From Halopenitus persicus (GTDB taxonomy: Archaea > Halobacteriota > Halobacteria > Halobacteriales > Haloferacaceae), in the NCBI RefSeq assembly GCF_900107205.1, contig NZ_FNPC01000014.1:1-40000 (forward strand): 40,000 nucleotides of DNA, in the 5' to 3' direction. A model generated the notes under the pieces. The model searched no databases. It had not been told where the DNA came from and saw nothing but the letters and a program-made list of their open reading frames with translations. Numbering within the stretch: position 1 is the stretch's first letter; the number at the start of each line of letters is the position of its first letter. Both the position numbers and the translations under genes were made by a program. Below, in pieces: positions 28,201 to 34,889 of the stretch.

Positions 28201-28413
28201 CCGGTGGTCACTCCCGACGCCCTCGAAGGAGACATCGTAGAAGATGTAATCGTGAGCCTCACAGTGGCCAACGACGAAGAAATCGTCCGGCCACCGGTGA
28301 ATAACATCGAGACACTGTACACCTTGCTAACGGCTGGTGAGTCCGTCACTGTCGTTGGGGACGAAGCGACGCTCAAGCGAAATACACTAACCGAACGCCT
28401 CACCGACTTGTAA
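25204..28413 (+). CDS. multidomain protein: N-terminal OB-like region, Cas4/RecB-type PD-(D/E)XK Fe-S nuclease, and a degenerate Upf1/Dna2-like SF1 helicase core
   Basis: Nuclease motifs: ECPRIY, GSIAHRALE, GRVDLMIDGSPLDLKT, QLRLYLFGV, and C380-x2-C383...C405 (about 25606-26433). The helicase C-terminal signature is VVTPFEAQAVSI...VVTPDALEGDIVEDVIVSL...VTVVGDEATL (28120-28410). The Walker A slot reads VLVLGARLPEL (27184-27216) and the Walker B slot FDAIVILGAE (27442-27471). Confidence 0.8.
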   Translation: MIVSLYDVVHNAEKYAITDLSKEEQAFKDKELTVRCEVTGIPSTGTAGGEKTLYPVDDPTTQLQDEVLLSFWHEDSNWGRLEETDNAVQTFVDTSPLQRGEELLVRAIPVHREGKWYLNVTSLFVRNPDITIGKSEMRSANECPRIYDLRYRKNVFNPNRYDISKGAVKGSIAHRALERAIDDSEFAANFESGWTDDDVEELMDAVVDESFSMEMTLCRLAWVSPNDIKEFAENSVLNLLQDAGFTKLVRGTETLETERTIADSYGLNGRVDLMIDGSPLDLKTNFFLEDGMKQRHRFQLRLYLFGVLLENLDQGMNLGKVLDELPPGVIIYPNLQDESEPVYERVELEHHHIEEIMQLRNQAATLRDSFAVPTTYDRDCSGCYFKDEDTIGSGAGAGQRLPSACKFHCQSERRWACHETNDEGEVKTECPLYHECDQRLEYRNPSVTDHYNQLRSALQDEKRARKDAGKTMARMTDEVLENAGMQLSGLSFEEELSTRRMLYSGESVRLFEPGTPVRIVPEDEDTHIVATYCGTQEGGYVFEFDGSPPTDFKRFNVTYRATRAVESTSLPRRLLSELDYAQRIGIDPRLRESGEISPSPERIAPDAVEKIADYLDNRQVFVNLPARVSRSEKLTQLVREVTQSPLQSLDGDWVPDDDRRVLVLGARLPELDSVADHLVDGDDIIRVDGFGDAKNAYGPTSNSHRLYEAIRDSNVIVSSAQYALQEGVFHSMTSGDESARPHSSRFFDAIVILGAETLTEPEYVFLRDLADRTVAVGEVNRESPEMVSEEAREKGLAESYYVNAYKRFSTISSESAESIFIEGEASTPVAEFFKPLDIELDGIGGSASFHHVSGEEQRAEEYMTIERRIHTVGETDEPRDILLKALDRGDALYVASQLDDLNALDATDLRVGQTYTFGEARFRVENNDVAPDRDMGHVVTVDINLSQTPYFTRRLILNPLEAQEVANLTAEQEPSLVVTPFEAQAVSISTELEDRGIDVPVVTPDALEGDIVEDVIVSLTVANDEEIVRPPVNNIETLYTLLTAGESVTVVGDEATLKRNTLTERLTDL

Positions 28414-28807
28414 CCGGACCGCATCCCCGGGGACTCGCTATTAGACGAGAAAGTCGATGATACCAATAGAGAGGCGTGTCAACTTCTTTTCTTCCTCGAT
28501 CGCGCTTGAGGTTCCAACATCGTGTATTCAATTCACTCAAGAACATCCCCTAAACGAGCGAGTTCTTTGAAATTGTCCACATCGATTTCATTCTTCCCTA
28601 TTTAGCCGCGACTACTGTAGCAGCGACTACCTATTGGCCAGCATCCCTCCTTCACCGAAAGTATTACTACTGGTATCAGATGCGATCTGGGAGTACTCTA
28701 CAACAATTTCTTTGGTTCGAAAAGAAAGATCGAGAATTTCGGCTGCAGTTTCGATCTGGTTCTTTGCCGCCTTCGAAACGCCGCTCTCAGGGAGTTCTGG
28801 GTTGCTC

Positions 28808-29974
28808 TCAGTTATTGGATGCGTCTTCAGTAAGAATTCCTGCACTCCGAAATGCGGCCATCAACGAGCCGAATTTCTTCACATAGGCTCTGTGGGAGAA
28901 CCGTGTTCTGTCGTTGATTTCGGTCTCATTAGGGAGTCTACCCAACTCCTGAGTCAGCGCGACTAACTCGATGATAAGTTCTCGTTTGTCCCAGTCGAAT
29001 TCCTCCTCATAGGTATTGGAAGTCGGTCGTAATTCGGAGGACTCCAGCGAGTCTTGGGATACTGATTCGGCGTCCGTCTGAGTTGAGGCTTCGTTTTGAT
29101 TACTGGGTTTGGGTTCCACCCACTCCAGGACCACGTCGAGCTGGTCCTCAATCACATCCTGAATAGAGGGATCTTCGTAACGAGCGTATTCCAAGAGGTC
29201 GAAAAGGATCAGCGAGAGGCTCTGGTAGAAACCCATCCCTCCAACTTCTTTGGTATGCTCGCCCGCAAATGCATCCACTTTCTCACGAGGCGTGGTATCA
29301 TCGATACCTTTCCGTCGCGCATAGGCGTTTTCTGCTTCAGCGAGACGGCGCCGGACGCTCTCGTACTTCTCAGTGTCTGAAACAAGAGGGAGAGGTCCGA
29401 GGGCTGTCTCTACGTACCGGCGCTCGAATTCGGTGATGAAGTCGAAGGTGTCGTCCGGGTCGAGATCCCAGTAGTTCGCAATGACCCACGCGTAGTCTTC
29501 ATCAATCTCTGTGACTTTATTGGCAGGAATCCACTCGGTGACGTCAAGTCGATCGACGAGTAGATCGTTCCAGCGCAAAAGCGAGCAACTCAGCGTCGGA
29601 TCCATCACCCGAGCAAAGTACGGAATCGATTCGAGAGAGTAGACAAGAGCGGGTCCGTCGATGTCTTTGGCTCGCAGGACCGCGCTGTACTCGTCAAGCA
29701 GTTTCTCGAACCGTCGGTGTCGGTGTTTGTTGATGGCGTTCCGAACGTACTTTTCACGTACACCGATTTCGCCGGCGAGTTCGGAGACCGTATATCGACT
29801 GTTTTGGAGTCGGTCGAAGATGGCGGTAGTGAACGGTTTATCGAGAACCCTAATCGGCGCTCCGTACTCAGGGATTTCACGCACAGGATTCTGGTCGAGG
29901 ATCACCCTCCGCTCATCGACCAGTTTCCGTTGTTCTTCCTGAGAGAGTGCGTAGAATTCCTCGCTCGATACCAT
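28808..29974 (-). CDS. HTH protein with a C-terminal homing-endonuclease-associated repeat
   Basis: HTH: YTVSELAGEIGVREKYVRNAINK. The C-terminal ELIIELVALTQELGRLPNETEINDRTRFSHRAYVKKFGSLMAAFRSAGI matches the repeat commonly found with haloarchaeal HNH proteins. Confidence 0.7.
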   Translation of the reverse strand: MVSSEEFYALSQEEQRKLVDERRVILDQNPVREIPEYGAPIRVLDKPFTTAIFDRLQNSRYTVSELAGEIGVREKYVRNAINKHRHRRFEKLLDEYSAVLRAKDIDGPALVYSLESIPYFARVMDPTLSCSLLRWNDLLVDRLDVTEWIPANKVTEIDEDYAWVIANYWDLDPDDTFDFITEFERRYVETALGPLPLVSDTEKYESVRRRLAEAENAYARRKGIDDTTPREKVDAFAGEHTKEVGGMGFYQSLSLILFDLLEYARYEDPSIQDVIEDQLDVVLEWVEPKPSNQNEASTQTDAESVSQDSLESSELRPTSNTYEEEFDWDKRELIIELVALTQELGRLPNETEINDRTRFSHRAYVKKFGSLMAAFRSAGILTEDASNN

Positions 29975-30036
29975 CTATTCGGTATCTAATGGTAGAGCGT
30001 CTTTTCAGTTTGGGTAGTACTCCCCGATGACCGGTG

Positions 30037-30631
30037 TCATTCCAGAACCTGATTGACGAAGTCGGGGGGATATCGTTCTCACAGTTGTCTACTGCTTGGT
30101 CTAGAACTCGAATACACACGGACAGTATCTGTCGGATATTCCCTTGCGAACGTTGTAGAATAAGTTCTACAACCTCTTCTGAGAATAGCTTCCTCCCTGT
30201 CGTTGACCCGGTACGTTGTTTGCCTAGGTACGCTTCAATAAGTTGGTTGACATCGTCAACTGTCAGAGGGCTGAGTACAATTTCTTGACCTATTCTCTCA
30301 GAGGAGGCGTGGTATTTACTCATCACGTCCTGCCAGACCTCGGGAGCACACCCAAAGAGTATGTAAAGCCCCGATAGTTCTGATCCATTAGGTGCCGGAT
30401 GGTGTTCAACGTAGACAGATCGTCTTTCGGAGAATCTTGTAGTCACTCCCACTGGGATTCACGCTGTCTGATGGCACGGGCGTTGACCATCGCGGTCTGC
30501 AAATCATAGATGCTGTCCACATATTCTGGGGTATTGTCGCTCGACCGCTTCCCGATGTTCCGGACCGAGAGTAGGATAAGGATGTTGAGTGCTCCGTGGG
30601 GTGTCTAGAGCGTCCGTTGTCGGTACAGCAT
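30037..30631 (-). pseudogene. decayed second copy of the TGT-like/ATPase module (deletion fusion)
   Basis: The minus-strand reading MLYRQRTL*TPHGALNILILLSVRNIGKRSSDNTPEYVDSIYDLQTAMVNARAIRQRESQW parallels residues 1-61 of the 12358 gene, with an in-frame TAG at 30605-30607. It then joins directly to ...SPKDDLSTLNTIRHLMDQN / GLYILFGCAPEVWQDVMSKYHASSERIG..., which parallels the C-terminal third of the 14272 ATPase. A 1-nt deletion lies between about 30355 and 30385. A second frame change sits at the G6 run at 30064-30069. Confidence 0.8.
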
Positions 30632-30702
30632 TTGGCAACTCACTCGATTAGGCTCAGGTCTGAGATGAAGCCAATTATAATAATTATGTCATTCTGAGGA
30701 GT

Positions 30703-31416
30703 TCACGAGTCTTCGAACTGCTTGAAGTCGAGTTGGGCCGTGGGTTCCGAAGTGCAGAACTCCTCAATATCAGAGATAGTCTCGATTGTATTCCCGGCAG
30801 ACAGGTTGCTGGCGAAGTTCTTCAGATACGTTCCTTTAAGCGCGACGACAATCGATCCGTTCTCCTTCGCCTCGTCAGTTCTTGCCGGAATCGAGATGAG
30901 ATTCTTCCGCCCGTTGGCCACCTCTGCCTGGTTGAAAAGCACACCCCAGGTGCCGGATGGGATTTCAGACATTATCCCCTGGACGTCTATGCTGAGATAG
31001 TACTTGCTCCCCAGTGCGAAGAACACGATGTCGTACGGCTTCTCCACGGCAAAGAGTTCCCGAACCGACTGCGGAATCCCGAGTTTCGTCCTCCGATTTA
31101 GAAGCTCTTCCTTCAACATCTCGTTGAAGGTGACTTCGTACGGGGGAAGTTCCTCGGTCTCTTCGACGAGACCGAACCCTGCGCTGATGAAGTAGCGGTC
31201 CACCTCATACCCCGTTTCCCGAAGAGCGTCGACGGCTTCGGAGATATATTGCTGCTGTCGGCCCTTGTAGAGATCACGTGCCCGCAATCTTGCCACACCC
31301 TCTTGTTCAAACAACTCCTCTCTCGGCTGCGCATCGATCTCGTCGGCATCGAACACCGGACTCTCATCGGGGTACTCCTTCGCTCCCGAGCACTGGTCGA
31401 TGATGAGTATCTTCAT
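30703..31416 (-). CDS. hypothetical protein with a DUF6884-like / YaaA(DUF328)-like motif pattern
   Basis: MKILIIDQCSGAKE...ARDLYKGRQQQYI...DRYFISAGFGLVEETEELPPYEVTF. This gives an N-terminal beta-strand plus CSxxK, LYxG, and SAxxGL...PYxxT. Its start overlaps the stop of the 734-aa TGT-like gene (forward TCAT at 31413-31416). Confidence 0.65.
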   Translation of the reverse strand: MKILIIDQCSGAKEYPDESPVFDADEIDAQPREELFEQEGVARLRARDLYKGRQQQYISEAVDALRETGYEVDRYFISAGFGLVEETEELPPYEVTFNEMLKEELLNRRTKLGIPQSVRELFAVEKPYDIVFFALGSKYYLSIDVQGIMSEIPSGTWGVLFNQAEVANGRKNLISIPARTDEAKENGSIVVALKGTYLKNFASNLSAGNTIETISDIEEFCTSEPTAQLDFKQFEDS

Positions 31417-33617
31417 TGGCTGAACTCCGCGAGCCCGGATTGGACGAGCCGTGACGGCAGATATTCAGCCTCGTACCCCAGGCGGTCGAGAACCGCCGTT
31501 CGTAGCTCATTCGCGTCGGAATACTCGTGAACCGTACAATCTTGGGTCTCGACCGCGTGTCGAACTTCCTCGAACAGAGGGCGATCCGTCGAATATATGA
31601 AGAGGTCTTGATAGCGGACGCAATGGGCTCCGATTTGTTGACCGAGTTTGGACGGGGCGAGTGAAACCGTCGACGGCGGTTGCTCCCACCATTCGTGAAC
31701 GCCGTTTGCGGTTACGACCCCGATCTCCGCGACCGGCAGGTCATGAACCGCCTTCCAGAGTTCGGGTTCACTGTTCCGAAGATACGACTCGATCGTTTCA
31801 ACACCCGATAAACTGGCTGAGGCCTCGGTGGCAACGAGGATCTTCGGCAGTTCCTCCTCAAACTCGTCGTAGAACTTCCGGGTGTTGTGGAATCCGCGGC
31901 GACGGTTCCGGTTGTTTCCCCGGAAGATGGCGACTTCGATACCGAGTTCGGAGCAGATTGGACAGCCACACTCCCGCCACGGTTCGTTGCGGAGGGTCTT
32001 CTCGTAGGCTTGGAGGTGGTCCTCGTCACCCATCCACTCCGCATACGATTTGACGAGCGCCCAGACCTGTTTGAACGTCCCGACATCGGCGGTCGTCCGT
32101 TCGCGCCGTGCAATCTCCGCTTGCATCGACTCGAACTCTTCGAATACGCCGCTCGCTGTCTTCAACAATCTCGCGTACTCTTCGAAAAGGAGTGGCTCCT
32201 CCGGGTCGTCTTCGCGGAGGAGTTTGTGGACGCGACTCCGGAGCATATCGCTGAAACTCGCCTTCAACTCCCCTGCCAGATCGAAGTCCTCTCGGAGTGA
32301 CTGCTCAATGTCACGGAGCCGAGAAGCATCGAACCGGTCGTCGAACCGGTTGTCATAGAGGTAGCTCTCGAAGCTATCGAGGGCAATCTCGGCCGACGAG
32401 AGCCACTCGTCGAGCGCATCTGCGATCGACCGATTCTCGTCGAACGCCCGGAGGCCGTGAAGCACCTCCTGTCCGCGGAGGGCCTTCTCGACAGCGTCTT
32501 CGAGGTCATCACCGTTCGACGGGTACCGGACGCGGATGGCGTCATAGCGGCGTTCACTATCGAGGTGGTAGTTCTCGCCGCCCGTCCAGGCAGCCCGCAG
32601 CATACTCGCGCTGTCAAAACTCGTCATCCCGGTCCGACCGATCGTCTCGAAGGCGTCCGTCTTTGCGAACCCGAAGACGTGCGTGTCGACTCGGGTGTCG
32701 AACCCGCGTTCGTAGTCCTTGATAACAGTCCCGAGCTCGGTGGTGGTCTTTCGGACGTCCTCGACGTTGCTGCCCGCAACCCCACCGATACCGAGGTAGT
32801 CGTAGCCCATCCCGAGGACCTTCCGTGCCGCATTGGCGTACGATCCGGGATCCCACCCCTGGATTGCGACCATAAGACGAAATGAGTAGCCGTTTTCTTC
32901 GTAGAGGTCGCGCATCTCGCGGGCGTTCTTCAGCGTCAACTGGTAGCGAAAGTCGGTGTCGTCTTCCCGATAGACCGCCCGTGGGTCGTCCCGGAGGTCG
33001 GCGAGGACACGATCGGCCGATCCCTCGAAAATCGATAAGTCGAACGGGTCCGGATCGCCCGCCTCGTAGATCGACGGTTCGGATTCGGCCACATAGTCGG
33101 GCCAGGTGTCAGGCCACTCGTCGATCATAAGGTCGAGGTCCTCCGTTAGGTCCTCGGGTAGATCGTCCGTGGAGAATCCCTCGGGCATCGCACGCTTGTC
33201 GAGGTAGAGTCGCTCCTGATGACCAGTGCCTAGCACAAGGTGGTCGATAGTCACGCCGACCGTGACGCCAAGTTGCTCGTAGAATTCCAACATCCCGTCG
33301 TTGTCGTAGGGCGGAAACGGGAGTTGTTTGTAGCCCCAAGCCCCGCAGTCGCTGATCGTAGGCAGCCAGTCGGGGATGTTCAGACCGGACGCTTCGTGGT
33401 GGACTCCGTGGTCGATGAGACGCTCGAACTTCGTGCGGCTGTCCTCAACCTGCTCGCGGGAGATGAGGACGCCGTCGATGGGTGTGCTCTCGTAATCGAA
33501 GATATCCCAGATGTACTGCTGGACGCGTTCGCTGGTATGCGGCGAAGAGTGCTCGTCGTGCTCAAAGTCATAGTGAGCGTCGACGCGGTCTTCCCATTCC
33601 GGTACGTAGAACCTCAC
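31413..33617 (-). CDS. large divergent TGT-superfamily protein (734 aa) with long insertions and a C-terminal extension
   Basis: FYVPEW; SDCGAWGY (33330-33353, the DSGGFQ position); YLGIGGVAG; HVFGFAKT; MTSFDSASMLR (around 32610-32618). The zinc site is CGCPIC-x21-H (31887-31970, ...NRRRGFHN). About 210 aa of helical insert separate FDS from the zinc site, and residues 590-734 are unassigned. Confidence 0.8.
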   Translation of the reverse strand: MRFYVPEWEDRVDAHYDFEHDEHSSPHTSERVQQYIWDIFDYESTPIDGVLISREQVEDSRTKFERLIDHGVHHEASGLNIPDWLPTISDCGAWGYKQLPFPPYDNDGMLEFYEQLGVTVGVTIDHLVLGTGHQERLYLDKRAMPEGFSTDDLPEDLTEDLDLMIDEWPDTWPDYVAESEPSIYEAGDPDPFDLSIFEGSADRVLADLRDDPRAVYREDDTDFRYQLTLKNAREMRDLYEENGYSFRLMVAIQGWDPGSYANAARKVLGMGYDYLGIGGVAGSNVEDVRKTTTELGTVIKDYERGFDTRVDTHVFGFAKTDAFETIGRTGMTSFDSASMLRAAWTGGENYHLDSERRYDAIRVRYPSNGDDLEDAVEKALRGQEVLHGLRAFDENRSIADALDEWLSSAEIALDSFESYLYDNRFDDRFDASRLRDIEQSLREDFDLAGELKASFSDMLRSRVHKLLREDDPEEPLLFEEYARLLKTASGVFEEFESMQAEIARRERTTADVGTFKQVWALVKSYAEWMGDEDHLQAYEKTLRNEPWRECGCPICSELGIEVAIFRGNNRNRRRGFHNTRKFYDEFEEELPKILVATEASASLSGVETIESYLRNSEPELWKAVHDLPVAEIGVVTANGVHEWWEQPPSTVSLAPSKLGQQIGAHCVRYQDLFIYSTDRPLFEEVRHAVETQDCTVHEYSDANELRTAVLDRLGYEAEYLPSRLVQSGLAEFSQ

Positions 33618-33881
33618 GCGTAGATAGTCACCTACTGTTACGTGTCCCGACCAGTATTTGAAAGCTGTTTTTTTCGGGGCGGGAACCGGCCCTCGGCGTG
33701 AACCTGATCTAATTTTAGTTGGGGACGGTCTGTTTCAGACTCGCCAAATAGTTCCCTGCGTCACAATACCCCAATTACTCAATCAACTGAGTAAGGGGAT
33801 TGTCAAGGATTTAGAAGACAAGAATGTTGGAGTGGACTACTGAGATCGACGATAGAGTCACCAATTCAGCTATTGTAGTAG

Positions 33882-34202
33882 ATGATGTATCGTATATCGG
33901 GAGTGGGCATAGGTTATATTCACATCAAAGGTGAAACGGGTCCAGTCGTCGTTAACGAACATACATCACCACTTCTGTTGCTGGTGATCAAGACTAAGAA
34001 ATCGGTAGAGTATCTGACTGCACCAAATCCACATCACAAGACGCAGATAAACGCGTATCTCCATGGTTTGGCAAAAAGTACGCTCAGCACCCCGAGACTA
34101 CAGCGATTATTTATGGGAGTCGGACAAGCCTCGATATTCGGACCTTTAGGATTCAGTTTGATCCGGACTTCTGGGAAGAGACTGTCCTTGACTGCGTCTT
34201 AG
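33882..34202 (+). CDS. hypothetical protein (doubtful; AT-rich spacer region)
   Basis: 106-aa ORF, basic and not haloarchaeal-like in composition. A weak ...LLLLVIKTKK...HHKTQINAYLHGL pattern hints at a PD-(D/E)XK remnant but is unsupported. Confidence 0.25.
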   Translation: MMYRISGVGIGYIHIKGETGPVVVNEHTSPLLLLVIKTKKSVEYLTAPNPHHKTQINAYLHGLAKSTLSTPRLQRLFMGVGQASIFGPLGFSLIRTSGKRLSLTAS

Positions 34203-34231
34203 AACAAACGACCTATCGCACCTACGGAGGG

Positions 34232-34435
34232 CTATTCCTCCAGACCCTGAATACGATTGGAAGGTAAGAGGTGTGAAATGATGTTCAGAACGAGTTCGTT
34301 TTCCGACGGACCGTAATTGTAGCCCGGCATAAATAGCGAGAAGTGAGTCGCTGTGCCGCGTTCGCTGTTGGCCGTGAACGGTTCGTGAGTAAGTGGGCGA
34401 GACGGGATTTCATTATAAGGCCCTGTCAGGAACAT
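34232..34435 (-). CDS. hypothetical small protein downstream of the HTH gene (doubtful)
   Basis: 67-aa ORF 24 nt downstream of the 34460-34744 gene. No recognisable motif. Confidence 0.25.
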   Translation of the reverse strand: MFLTGPYNEIPSRPLTHEPFTANSERGTATHFSLFMPGYNYGPSENELVLNIISHLLPSNRIQGLEE

Positions 34436-34459
34436 ACAAACTCATATTGAATGGGTAAG

Positions 34460-34744
34460 CTACTCAGAAAGACTCCAGAGCAGTGAACTTCCGACCTTAC
34501 GGCTCTCAATCTTAGTCTGATCTTCCAAGGACTTGAGTCGCGTGTATGCGGTCCGCTGAGTACAACCAATCTCCTCGGCGATCTCTGATGTACCTGCCAT
34601 TCCTTCGAGTTGCTGAATGGCTTCTATAAACTCAGAATCGGTATAAGTCGTAGTATACCTTCCCGATTCTTCCTCACGATCTTTTCCAGGCACGATGTCT
34701 AATTCGTATACTTCGCCTATGTAAGTGATGGGTTGGAAACCCAT
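34460..34744 (-). CDS. small winged-helix DNA-binding protein
   Basis: EFIEAIQQLEGMAGTSEIAEEIGCTQRTAYTRLKSLEDQTKIESRKVGSSLLWSL is an HTH plus wing. Confidence 0.7.
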   Translation of the reverse strand: MGFQPITYIGEVYELDIVPGKDREEESGRYTTTYTDSEFIEAIQQLEGMAGTSEIAEEIGCTQRTAYTRLKSLEDQTKIESRKVGSSLLWSLSE

Positions 34745-34889
34745 CTCTTATGGAAGAGATGGAAAAGTTTATACCATTACACTATATAAGATATGGTGTG
34801 GAAGCCCGGTCCCAACGGGGCGTTAATGTCGAGAAACGCCCGAGTGCTAGGGACACTCGGACTGGGTTTCACACTGGACGTGAGAACCC

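Noticed and set aside
19989-28466. Long antisense ORFs inside the effector operon (19989-20705, 21306-22010, 23069-24016, 25648-26100, 27214-28155, 27945-28466)
   Set aside because: Each lies opposite a plus-strand gene with clear catalytic motifs and overlapping start/stop junctions. Their compositions are basic or low-complexity, unlike haloarchaeal proteins.
12358-33617. Interpretation of the island as BREX or classical DISARM
   Set aside because: I recognised no PglZ, PglX/DrmM methyltransferase, PLD (DrmC) or Lon-like BrxL. Only the helicase+DUF1998 pair and a BrxC-sized ATPase are shared, so the known labels do not fit.
33658-34202. ORFs 33658-33843 and 33882-34202 as real genes, or as a Cas4-like nuclease
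   Set aside because: They lie in AT-rich spacer DNA and have basic, non-halophilic composition. Only a faint K-x-K / Q..Y resemblance is present. They are kept at low confidence or not called.
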